Source: Alphaproteobacteria bacterium
Lineage (GTDB): Bacteria; Pseudomonadota; Alphaproteobacteria; Bin65
Length of the DNA stretch: 64,000 bases
Direction: 5' to 3'
Assembly: GCA_022819985.1 (NCBI GenBank)
Contig: JAJEGH010000014.1
Span: 8,086-72,085, forward strand
A program made the position numbers and the translations under genes. Shown in pieces: positions 36,363-44,279 of this stretch (its first letter is position 1; each line of letters opens with the position of its first letter). The notes beneath the pieces are model-generated. The model made no database searches. It was not told the origin of the DNA and worked only from the letters and a program-made list of their open reading frames with translations.

Positions 36363-36617
36363 AGGGAGCGAGTCGCCAGCGGAGCGGACGCACTTCGGGT
36401 GCTGGCAAAAGCACATATAAGGAACATGATTCGCAATGTCAAGGACAATTATCGAAAAAAAGGAAATATTTTGAAGACTGCCCCGGCGAACCCCGGCGCA
36501 CCCGCCGCATGCAGGGTGCAGGGCGGCGGCCGAATCTCCCTTTTCGCAGAGAAATCGTGAGGAGCGGTTCCCCTCGGCTTCGCTCGGGGCGGGCTCCGCA
36601 CTCCGTCCCGAAGCCCC

Positions 36618-36650
36618 GTCTCGAAGGCGTCTCGAAGGCGTCTCGAAGGA
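36618..36650. repeat. 11-nt tandem repeat x3 (GTCTCGAAGGC) immediately 3' of the activase gene stop
   Basis: GTCTCGAAGGC GTCTCGAAGGC GTCTCGAAGGA. The last unit forms the hairpin GGCGTC-TCGAAG-GACGCC, a possible terminator for the minus-strand operon. Confidence 0.7.
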
Positions 36651-36654
36651 CGCC

Positions 36655-38706
36655 CTATCTGCGCCGTCGGCGCCCTCTCCGGCCCGAACTCTCCGCCGCG
36701 CCGCCGTCGTCCGCCAGCCGCGCCGGCAGGGTCACCTGCTCCGAGAGATGCGGATAGTCTGCGGTGGCGTGGGGCAGCGCCATCGCGTCGACGAAATGAC
36801 GCTGGAATTCGGGTTCGACCGCGGTCTCGACCTTTTCGATGCCGCGCACGACCCGCTCGATCTCGTCGCGCGCCGCCTGGTCGAGCAGGGCAATGCGCGC
36901 GCCGGTGCCGGCCGCGTTGCCCGCCGAAACCACCTTGTCGAGGGCGCAATCCGGAATCATGCCCAGGACCATGGCGTATTTCGGCTCGATATGGGTGCCG
37001 AAGGCGCCGGCCAGCACGATCCGGTCCGGCGCCGCAATGCCCTTGCGGTCCATCAGCAGGCGCGCGCCGGCATAAAGCGCCGCCTTGGCGAGCTGGATGG
37101 CGCGGACGTCGACCTGGTAGATGCGGATGTCGCGTGCGCCCGCCTTGAACAGACGATAGCTGAACGTCCTGTCCTCTGCCTGGAGCCGATCGGTCCTACC
37201 GCTCAGGGCGCCGTCGATCGTGCCGTCGGGTTTAATCAGGCCGGCGAGATACATTTCGGCCAGCGCTTCGATGATACCGGAGCCGCAGATGCCGGTGACC
37301 CCGGTATCGCCCGCCGCCTGCTCGAAGCCGGGTTCGTCGGACCATAATTCGCAGCCGATCACCTTGACCCGCGCCTCCAGGGTTTCGGAATCGATGCGCA
37401 CCCGCTCGATGGCGCCGGGCGCCGCGCGCTGGCCGCAGATTATCTGTGCTCCCTCGAACGCCGGGCCGGTCGGCGACGAAGCTGCGAGGATCCGTTCCCT
37501 GTTGCCGAGCACGATCTCGGCATTCGTTCCGACATCGACGATCAGCACGGTTTCGTCGGAGAGGTAGGGCGTTTCGGAGAGGATCACGCCGGCGGCGTCG
37601 GCGCCGACATGGCCGGCGATGCAGGGCAGGAAATAGACCCGCGCATCCGGATTGACCGCCAGCCCGATCTCGGACGCCCAGAGCGTCTGCGCCCGGTTGG
37701 TCGCGAGCGCAAAGGGTGCGCCGCCCAGCTCGACCGGGTCGATGCCGAGCAGCAGATGATGCATGATCGGGTTGCCGACGAAGGTCGCGTTGAGGATGTC
37801 CTCGGCCGAAATCCCGGCCTCGGCCGTGGCGTCGGCGACCAGCCGGTTGACCGCCTCGCGCACCGCTTCGGTCAACTCGGCATCGCCGCCCGGATTCATC
37901 ATGGCGTAGGAGACCCGGCTCATCAGGTCTTCGCCGAAGCGGATCTGCGGGTTCATGACTCCGACCGAGGCAACGACTTCTCCGGTCGAAAGGTCGGCCA
38001 GATGCGCGGCCACGGTCGTCGATCCGACATCGTAGGCAAGACCGTACGCCTTGTCGCGAAAACCCGGCCAGATCGCGATGATCCGCTCTCTCCGGTGAAT
38101 CGCGACGGTCGCCGTCCAGTCGCCGTCGCGCAGTATTTTCTGCAACCCCTGCAGGGTACGGATATCGCCCTCGAGATCGCCGAGGCCCCACTGGTCCCGC
38201 AGCGCCACGGCGAGCCGTTCGAAATCGCCGGTCGGGCGGTGCATGTCGGGCTTCTCGACCTCGACATAATGCAGCCGGACAGCCGGGTTGACGGTGATAT
38301 CGCGGACTTCGGCCCGTTTGCGGACCACCTGCTTGTGGACCTGGCTGTCCGGCGGCACGTCGATCACCAGATCGCCCTGCACCGTGGCGTGGCAACCCAG
38401 CCGCCGTTCCTCGGCCAGCCCACGCCGGTCCTTGTAGCGCTGCTCGTTGGCGCTGAAGGCGCTCAGATGGCTTGCTGCGCTTTCGAGCCCGAACTTGGCG
38501 AAGCGGCCGGTGCCGATCGTGATCTGGCAGCGGCCGCAGATGCCGCGGCCGCCGCACACCGAATCCAGATCGACGCCGAGGTCGCGCGCCGCCTGGAGGA
38601 GATTGGTGCCAACCGGAAAGGTGCCGCGCCTGCCCGACGGCGTAAAGACGATCTTCGCCTCCCGCCCGGCGGTCGTGTCCCCGGTGCCCGGCCGGCTCTC
38701 AGGCAC
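36655..38706 (-). CDS. Corrinoid reductive activase-like protein (N-terminal 2Fe-2S ferredoxin domain plus ASKHA ATPase domain; RACo/RamA-like)
   Basis: 683 aa. Plant-type ferredoxin cysteine pattern SVCGGRGICGRCQ...LGCH. ASKHA-like phosphate motifs (GLAYDVGSTTVAAHL, LIVDVGTNAEIVLG, GICGSGIIE). Overlaps the stop of the upstream methyltransferase gene by 8 nt. Confidence 0.85.
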   Translation of the reverse strand: MPESRPGTGDTTAGREAKIVFTPSGRRGTFPVGTNLLQAARDLGVDLDSVCGGRGICGRCQITIGTGRFAKFGLESAASHLSAFSANEQRYKDRRGLAEERRLGCHATVQGDLVIDVPPDSQVHKQVVRKRAEVRDITVNPAVRLHYVEVEKPDMHRPTGDFERLAVALRDQWGLGDLEGDIRTLQGLQKILRDGDWTATVAIHRRERIIAIWPGFRDKAYGLAYDVGSTTVAAHLADLSTGEVVASVGVMNPQIRFGEDLMSRVSYAMMNPGGDAELTEAVREAVNRLVADATAEAGISAEDILNATFVGNPIMHHLLLGIDPVELGGAPFALATNRAQTLWASEIGLAVNPDARVYFLPCIAGHVGADAAGVILSETPYLSDETVLIVDVGTNAEIVLGNRERILAASSPTGPAFEGAQIICGQRAAPGAIERVRIDSETLEARVKVIGCELWSDEPGFEQAAGDTGVTGICGSGIIEALAEMYLAGLIKPDGTIDGALSGRTDRLQAEDRTFSYRLFKAGARDIRIYQVDVRAIQLAKAALYAGARLLMDRKGIAAPDRIVLAGAFGTHIEPKYAMVLGMIPDCALDKVVSAGNAAGTGARIALLDQAARDEIERVVRGIEKVETAVEPEFQRHFVDAMALPHATADYPHLSEQVTLPARLADDGGAAESSGRRGRRRRR

Positions 38707-39607
38707 GGCGGCGGCGACGCCCTTCCCGACCGCGGCGGCTCTCGCTCTCGGCGGCGGGATCGCGAAACTTCTTCAGCCAGCGCCGGCAGTCGGGATCGTT
38801 GCCATTCATCACATCGGCCGCCATCACGGCATCGACTTCATGGGAATGCAAGGGATTCATGATTGCCGAGGTCATGCCCGAACAGGCCGCCATGCCGAGG
38901 AAGGCCGCATTGAGCCCGGGCCGGTTCGGCAGGCCGAAGCCGATATTGGACGCGCCGCAGGTACTGTTGACGCCCAGTTCGTCGCGCAACCGGTTCAGGA
39001 TGTGGAAGACCTGCCGGCCCGCCCGGTTGATGGCGCCGATCGGCATGACCAGCGGATCGACCACGATATCCTCCTTCGGGATGCCGTAGTCGGCCGCGCG
39101 GCGCACGATCTTCCGGGCGACCTCGAAGCGGACGTCGGGATCTTCGGAAATGCCGGACTCGTCGTTGGAAATGGCGACGACGGCGCAGCCGTATTTCTTC
39201 ACCAGCGGCAGGACCGCCTCCAGCCGTTCCTCCTCGCCGGTCACCGAATTGAGCAGCGGCTTGCCCCGGTAGACCGACAGCCCCGCCTCCAGCGCCGCGA
39301 CGATCGAGGAATCGATGGAAAGCGGCACGTCGACCAGCGACTGCACCAGCTCGATGCAATCGGCCAGGATCTTCGGCTCGTCGGCCAGCGGCACGCCGGC
39401 GTTGACATCGAGCATATGCGCGCCGGCCTCGACCTGGGCGACGGCGTCGGCCTCGACCCGACTGTAGTCGCCGGCGCGCAACTCTTCCATCAGGATCTTG
39501 CGCCCCGTGGGATTGATGCGTTCGCCGATGATGCAGAATGGCCGGTCGAAACCGATAACGACCTCCCGGGTCGCGGAACTGACGACGGTTCGGCTCATGT
39601 CGGGCAA
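38699..39607 (-). CDS. Methyltetrahydrofolate:corrinoid methyltransferase (pterin-binding, MtrH/AcsE/MetH-like domain)
   Basis: 302 aa. IIGERINPTGRK, MLDVNAG, PLSIDSS, LNSVTGEE and GASNISFGLP-like (CGASNIGFGLPNR) blocks typical of pterin-binding methyltransferases. Confidence 0.85.
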   Translation of the reverse strand: MPDMSRTVVSSATREVVIGFDRPFCIIGERINPTGRKILMEELRAGDYSRVEADAVAQVEAGAHMLDVNAGVPLADEPKILADCIELVQSLVDVPLSIDSSIVAALEAGLSVYRGKPLLNSVTGEEERLEAVLPLVKKYGCAVVAISNDESGISEDPDVRFEVARKIVRRAADYGIPKEDIVVDPLVMPIGAINRAGRQVFHILNRLRDELGVNSTCGASNIGFGLPNRPGLNAAFLGMAACSGMTSAIMNPLHSHEVDAVMAADVMNGNDPDCRRWLKKFRDPAAESESRRGREGRRRRRA

Positions 39608-39625
39608 ACTCTCCGGTCCGGATGT

Positions 39626-39934
39626 CTAGACGGTCGCTTCGTCGATGCCGTTCGACCGGACGATCCGCTCGACCCGGTCTTCGGGATAGTCCCGCTCGAT
39701 GCGGCCGGCGGCCTCAGCGGCCGCCGTTTCCAGATCGTCGCCGCAATCGACCGGCGCGCTGCGGCGCCACTGTTCGAGATAGTCGTCGGTGCCGTGCAGC
39801 TTTGCGCGGATGGCCGCCCGGTCGATCGCCTTCTCGAACCGCACGTCCAGCTGCCGGCGCGCCCTCTTCCGGCCGGCGGACACGATGATCTGGGCCGGTA
39901 TATCGCGCCAGTAGATGATCTGGAGCTTCGCCAT
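39626..39934 (-). CDS. Small conserved hypothetical protein (resembles proteins annotated as 'virulence factor family'); function unknown
   Basis: 102 aa, MAKLQIIYWRDIPAQIIV.... Sits 3 nt downstream of the DUF1638-like gene inside the corrinoid operon. The family name comes from memory only. Confidence 0.6.
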   Translation of the reverse strand: MAKLQIIYWRDIPAQIIVSAGRKRARRQLDVRFEKAIDRAAIRAKLHGTDDYLEQWRRSAPVDCGDDLETAAAEAAGRIERDYPEDRVERIVRSNGIDEATV

Positions 39935-39937
39935 GCT

Positions 39938-40696
39938 TCAGGCCCCGGGTTCCGGCTCGGAATCGGCCGCGCGGCGCAGGAATTGTTCCAGTTCGCCGTA
40001 GCCGACATAGCGGTAGGCATAGCCGAGGCCCAGCCGCGCCGCAGCCGCCTGCGCCTTGACCTGGAGCCCGGCATCGCGGGTCTGGGCGATATAGAGGCAG
40101 CGCGTGTAGTGGCGGAAATAGTCGTCGCGCAACTCGGGATGGCGGTCGAGGCCGAGGCCCTGGACGATCAGCCGGTCGAAATGCCGGACCATGTAGTCGG
40201 TCAGGTAGAACGTGCCGGTTTCCGCTTCCGCCAGGTCCGCGAAAGCCTGCCGGCCGGTGTAGAAGGCGTAGCAGTGCGGCCCGTCGATGCGCTCGGCGCC
40301 CTCTTCGTCCAGCACCCGGTCGAGCAGCCCGCCGGTCCCGCAGTCGGCGTAGGCCACCAGGACCCGGCCGTAAGCCTTGCGGTATTCTCGGATCTTCCCG
40401 CGCACCCGGTCGGGAATCAGGTGCGGCGCGTTATGGAGCCACGCCGGCACGCAGGCGACATCGAAGGCGGGGACGGCGTTCATGTTTCTGAAATGGACGA
40501 TTTCCCGGGCCAGGGCGCCGCAGGCGATCACCATGGTGCCGGCCCGGCTCCGCCCGGCAAGGACCGCCTCGCTGTCCGGTGCGATATCGGGCGCCGCATC
40601 GGGCGGGCCGGCAGCGACGGCCGGCCGCGTGGCGCTCCGGGGGCGTCCGCTCCTGCCGGTTCGTGCGGTCGGGCGACGCGCCAGCGCAGCCTCCAT
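39938..40696 (-). CDS. DUF1638-like protein; function unknown
   Basis: The core MVIACGALAREIV...AWLHNAPHLIP...VAYADCGTGGLLD...GPHCYAFY...FYLTDY matches my recollection of DUF1638. The ATG at 40696 lies 3 nt after the corrinoid gene stop; an alternative start is 40534. Confidence 0.7.
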   Translation of the reverse strand: MEAALARRPTARTGRSGRPRSATRPAVAAGPPDAAPDIAPDSEAVLAGRSRAGTMVIACGALAREIVHFRNMNAVPAFDVACVPAWLHNAPHLIPDRVRGKIREYRKAYGRVLVAYADCGTGGLLDRVLDEEGAERIDGPHCYAFYTGRQAFADLAEAETGTFYLTDYMVRHFDRLIVQGLGLDRHPELRDDYFRHYTRCLYIAQTRDAGLQVKAQAAAARLGLGYAYRYVGYGELEQFLRRAADSEPEPGA

Positions 40697-40699
40697 GAT

Positions 40700-41410
40700 T
40701 CAGTTGATCGTCGCGCCGCCAAGCAGGTTGTGCTTGCGCTTCATGAAGTCCTTGGCGATTTCAACCGCAACCGCGGCGTCCGGGCAATAGGCATCGGCGC
40801 CGACCGCCTGGGCGAATTCCTCGTTCAGCGGCGCACCGCCGACCAGAACGGTATAGTCCTCGCGGATGCCCTTTTCCTTCAGGGTTTCGATCACGACCTT
40901 CATATAGGGCATCGTCGTCGTGAGCAGCGCCGACATGCCGAGGATGTCGGGCTCGTGCTCCTCGATGGCGGCGAGATAGTTCTCGACCGGATTGTCGATC
41001 CCGATATCGACCACCTCGAAGCCGGCGCCCTCCATCATCATCGACACCAGATTCTTGCCAATATCGTGGATGTCGCCCTTGACGGTGCCGATCACCATCT
41101 TGCCGACCCGGGGCGCGCCGGTCTCGGCGAGCAGCGGCCGGAGGATCGCCATGCCGGCCTTCATCGCGTTCGCCGATTGCAGCACCTCCGGCACGAACAG
41201 GATGCCGTCGCGGAAATCGATCCCGACGATGCGCATGCCCTCGACCAGCGCTTCGGTCAGGATATTGTAGGGCTGCCATTTGCGTTCGAGCAGGATGTTG
41301 ACGCCCTCTTCGATCTCCTCGCGGAGACCGTCGTAGAGATCGTCGTGCATCTGTTCGACCAGCTCTTCGTCGTCCAGTTCGCTGAGAACGAGATCGTCGT
41401 CGTCGGACAT
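40700..41410 (-). CDS. Corrinoid (cobalamin-binding) protein, MtbC/MttC/MetH B12-domain type
   Basis: 236 aa from the ATG at 41410. B12-binding cap helix region, then the DxHxxG motif (KGDIHDIGKN), ...SALLTTT... and ...GGAPL.... First gene of the minus-strand operon. Confidence 0.9.
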   Translation of the reverse strand: MSDDDDLVLSELDDEELVEQMHDDLYDGLREEIEEGVNILLERKWQPYNILTEALVEGMRIVGIDFRDGILFVPEVLQSANAMKAGMAILRPLLAETGAPRVGKMVIGTVKGDIHDIGKNLVSMMMEGAGFEVVDIGIDNPVENYLAAIEEHEPDILGMSALLTTTMPYMKVVIETLKEKGIREDYTVLVGGAPLNEEFAQAVGADAYCPDAAVAVEIAKDFMKRKHNLLGGATIN

Positions 41411-41664
41411 GGCGGTTCCATCCCCCGGAATGCGCCCCGGAATTGCACAGGGGCGCCTGGCAACCGGCGCGCACGGCGGCGCGGGAACATGCACATAACG
41501 GTCTGCCGGGTCACGAAAAATCGGCAGCGGGCAGATGACAATTTCGTGCGGCGCGCTGTCGCTGACGCCGGCCCGCCCCCCGCACCGCCATTCGGCGGCC
41601 TTTCGGCACTGGCGCCGCGGTGCTACAGCCCCGGCGAACGGGACCCGTCGCAAAGGAGAATATC

Positions 41665-42477
41665 ATGTCCGGAAACCGTTACGACGCCTACGAACGCCTG
41701 AAAATCGACTGGCCGGCCGACGGCGTGTTGCGGCTCACGATGCACAATCCGGATAACCCGCTGAATTCCGTCGACGGGCAGATGCACAGGGAACTGGTCT
41801 CGATCTGGCCCGAAATCGACGCCGACCGCGATGTCGGCGCGGTCATCCTGTGCGGCGCCGGCCGGGCCTATTCGGCGGGCGGCGACTTCGGCATGATCGA
41901 CGAGATCATCGGCGACCACGGCGTCCGGATGCGCGCGATGAAAGAGGCGCGCGACATCGTCTACAACGTCATCAACTGCTCCCGGCCGACGATCGCCGCG
42001 ATGCACGGGGTCGCCGTCGGCGCCGGCCTGGCCGCCGGCATGGTCTGCGACATCACCATCGCCACGAAGAGCTGCCGCATCATCGACGGCCACACCAATC
42101 TCGGCGTCGCGGCAGGCGACCACGCGGTGATCGCCTGGCCCCTGCAGTGCGGCATGGCCAAGGCGAAATACTATCTGATGACCTGCGAGCCGATGACCGG
42201 GGAGGAGGCGGAGCGGATCGGGCTGATCTCGCTGGCGGTCGAGGACGACGCCCTGGAGGCCGAAGCGCTGCGGGTCGCGCGCCGGCTCGCCGGCGGCGCC
42301 CGCACCGCGATCAGCCACACGAAGATGGCCCTGAACAACTGGTACCGCATGAACGGGCCGGGCTTCGATGCCTCGCTGGGCTACGAATTCCTGGCTTGGG
42401 ACGGCCCGGAGGCGAAGGAAGGCGTCGCCGCCCTCAAGGAAAAGCGCAAGCCGCAATTCGGCCGGATGCCGGTGTAG
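41665..42477 (+). CDS. Enoyl-CoA hydratase/isomerase (crotonase) family protein
   Basis: AAAGGAGAA RBS before the ATG at 41665. Oxyanion-hole regions GAGRAYSAGGDF and AAMHGVAVGAGL. Confidence 0.88.
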   Translation: MSGNRYDAYERLKIDWPADGVLRLTMHNPDNPLNSVDGQMHRELVSIWPEIDADRDVGAVILCGAGRAYSAGGDFGMIDEIIGDHGVRMRAMKEARDIVYNVINCSRPTIAAMHGVAVGAGLAAGMVCDITIATKSCRIIDGHTNLGVAAGDHAVIAWPLQCGMAKAKYYLMTCEPMTGEEAERIGLISLAVEDDALEAEALRVARRLAGGARTAISHTKMALNNWYRMNGPGFDASLGYEFLAWDGPEAKEGVAALKEKRKPQFGRMPV

Positions 42478-42487
42478 GGGGCGGCAG

Positions 42488-42648
42488 CCCCTCGATACGC
42501 CCCGGCCTGGCGGCCGGGGCTACTCGGGATGAGGGGAATATGTTCGGGACACATCTGCACCCTCCTCCTTGCCTGCACCCTCATCCTTTCCTGCACCCTC
42601 ATCCCGAGTAGGCGCGCCAGCGCCGTATCGAGGGGGCCGTATCGAGGG
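42488..42648. repeat. Composite palindromic element between convergent genes, with an internal 18-nt tandem repeat
   Basis: The outer inverted repeat is CCCCTCGATACG (42488-42499) paired with CGTATCGAGGGG (42624-42635), plus a further CGTATCGAGGG copy at 42638-42648. The inner perfect 16-bp inverted repeat is CTACTCGGGATGAGGG (42520-42535) paired with CCCTCATCCCGAGTAG (42596-42611). There is a hairpin CCCCGGCC-TGGC-GGCCGGGG (42500-42519). CTGCACCCTC recurs at 42555, 42573 and 42591. Confidence 0.65.
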
Positions 42649-42649
42649 A

Positions 42650-43201
42650 TCAGGCCGCCAGGGCCTGCGGCTCCCGAGCGTCGAGAAAGCCGCGCAGCCA
42701 TTCGAGCATCGTATCGGCGTCGGAGACCTCGAAGGGATCGGCCGGGCATTCGTCGTCGAAGCCCGGCTCGACGAACATTTTGACGATCCGGCCGTCGTCG
42801 ACGAAGGCGGAATAGCGCCAGGACCGCATGCCGAAGCCGAGATTGTCCTTCGAGACCAGCATGCCCATGCGGCGGGTGAAGGCGCCGGAGCCATCGGGCA
42901 GCAGGGTGACTTTCTCGACGCCCTGGTGCTCGCCCCAGCGGAACATGACGAAGGCGTCGTTGACGCTGAGGCAGATGATTTCGTCCACGCCCAGCGCGGC
43001 GAATTCGTCGTGCAGTTCCTCGTAGCGCGGCAGATGGGTCGAGGAGCAGGTCGGCGTAAAGGCGCCGGGCAGGGCAAAGAGCACGACCTTCCGGCCGCGG
43101 AAAATGTCGGCGCTGGTAAGGTCCTGCCAGCGGTAGGGGTTCGGCCCTTCGACATTCTCGTCGCGGACGCGGGTCTTGAAAGTCACGTCGGGTACGCGCA
43201 T
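42650..43201 (-). CDS. Peroxiredoxin, Prx5-like subfamily
   Basis: 183 aa. LFALPGAFTPTCS peroxidatic-cysteine motif and overall Prx5 architecture. Confidence 0.9.
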   Translation of the reverse strand: MRVPDVTFKTRVRDENVEGPNPYRWQDLTSADIFRGRKVVLFALPGAFTPTCSSTHLPRYEELHDEFAALGVDEIICLSVNDAFVMFRWGEHQGVEKVTLLPDGSGAFTRRMGMLVSKDNLGFGMRSWRYSAFVDDGRIVKMFVEPGFDDECPADPFEVSDADTMLEWLRGFLDAREPQALAA

Positions 43202-43358
43202 GGATCGGGTTCTCCGGTATGAAGCGACGATCCATATTTATAATTATTCTAAATTAAATCAATAGCGCACTTCCCTACCCTGTTGACATTTTTGTGACAG
43301 TACCGGGCGAGACATCGGCTAACCGCGCCCGCCAGGCCGCGCCCCTCCGCTTCGCAGG

Positions 43359-44279
43359 TCAGCCTTGCCGTCCGCCGGGCGGACGTCCCGTACGCCTCAT
43401 GAAATCGCGGAGCGCCGGCACGACCCTGTCGGGCGCTTCTTCCGCCAGGAAATGCCCGCAATCCTCGAACTCGTGCAGCTCGAAATCCGGCAGGGTGCGC
43501 TTCCACCGGTCGAGTTCCTTCCTTCGGAACGCAATATCCTTCAGGCCCCACAGGAGGAGCGCCGGTTTGCCGGCAAAGGACGCGCGGCCGTCCCAGATCG
43601 AGCGCAGCCAGTCGCCCGCCCCCACGATGTATCCCGGCAACGCGGCGCTGGCTGCGCGCGCGGCAGGCGATGGCTGCGCGTTGCGGTAATGCGCCATGAT
43701 CTCGGGCGTCAGGATGCTCCGGTCGCCCACCGCCCTGGGCATCACCGAATTGACGAACAGGTTGCGGTGCCGGATCAGATACTGGCCGATCCAGCTCGAC
43801 ATCAGGAAGCTGAACGCCGCAAAGTGGAAATCGCCCCCGACCGGCCAACACCAGGTATTCGCAATGACGAGACGGCGGACGCGCTCCGGATGCCGGCGGG
43901 CGAAGTCGATGCCGATCGGCCCGCCCCAGTCGTTCATGAACAGGGTGATGCCGCGAAGGTCGAGGCTGTCGAGCAGGGCGGCGAACCGGTGCGCGTGACT
44001 CTCCGGATGATGGTCCTCGCGCCGGCTGCTGCGCGACGACAGGCCGAAACCGATATGGTCCGGCGCGATGCAGCGGAACTCCGGGCGAAGCTCCCGGATC
44101 GCATGACGGAACTCGAACGACCAGGCCGGGTTGCCGTGCACGAACACGATCGGTTCGCCTTCGCCCTCGTCCACGAAGTGCATCCGGTGTCCCGACGCAG
44201 TGGCGAAGAACCGGCTCTCGAAGGGATACAGGTCGTCCGACACCCAGTCCGGACGGAGGCTCGACGCACTCCGGTTCAT
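43359..44279 (-). CDS. Alpha/beta hydrolase, haloalkane dehalogenase-like
   Basis: 306 aa from the ATG at 44279. VHGNPAWSFEFRH, the nucleophile elbow NDWGGPIG, and a C-terminal DCGHFL histidine motif. ATGA overlap with the upstream gene. Confidence 0.85.
   Translation of the reverse strand: MNRSASSLRPDWVSDDLYPFESRFFATASGHRMHFVDEGEGEPIVFVHGNPAWSFEFRHAIRELRPEFRCIAPDHIGFGLSSRSSRREDHHPESHAHRFAALLDSLDLRGITLFMNDWGGPIGIDFARRHPERVRRLVIANTWCWPVGGDFHFAAFSFLMSSWIGQYLIRHRNLFVNSVMPRAVGDRSILTPEIMAHYRNAQPSPAARAASAALPGYIVGAGDWLRSIWDGRASFAGKPALLLWGLKDIAFRRKELDRWKRTLPDFELHEFEDCGHFLAEEAPDRVVPALRDFMRRTGRPPGGRQG

Noticed and set aside
36427-36465. A dif (XerCD) site-like sequence, GATTCGCAATGTCAAGGACAATTATCGAAAAA.
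   Set aside because: It shares only the ATTCGCA start with the dif consensus and lacks the CATAAT-N6-ATTATG inner dyad, so it is a poor match.
36429-36563. A 44-codon ORF (MIRNVKDNYRKKGNILKTAPANPG...) in the AT-rich part of the convergent intergenic region.
   Set aside because: The AGGA lies only 2 nt from the ATG, the second half is GC-rich low-complexity sequence, and codon usage is atypical. It cannot be supported as coding without conservation or ribosome-profiling data.
38447-41701. A 1084-aa plus-strand ORF across the corrinoid operon.
   Set aside because: It is antisense to five well-supported genes (B12-binding, pterin-binding, ASKHA motifs). Its composition is low-complexity R/A/G/D with no start or RBS context.
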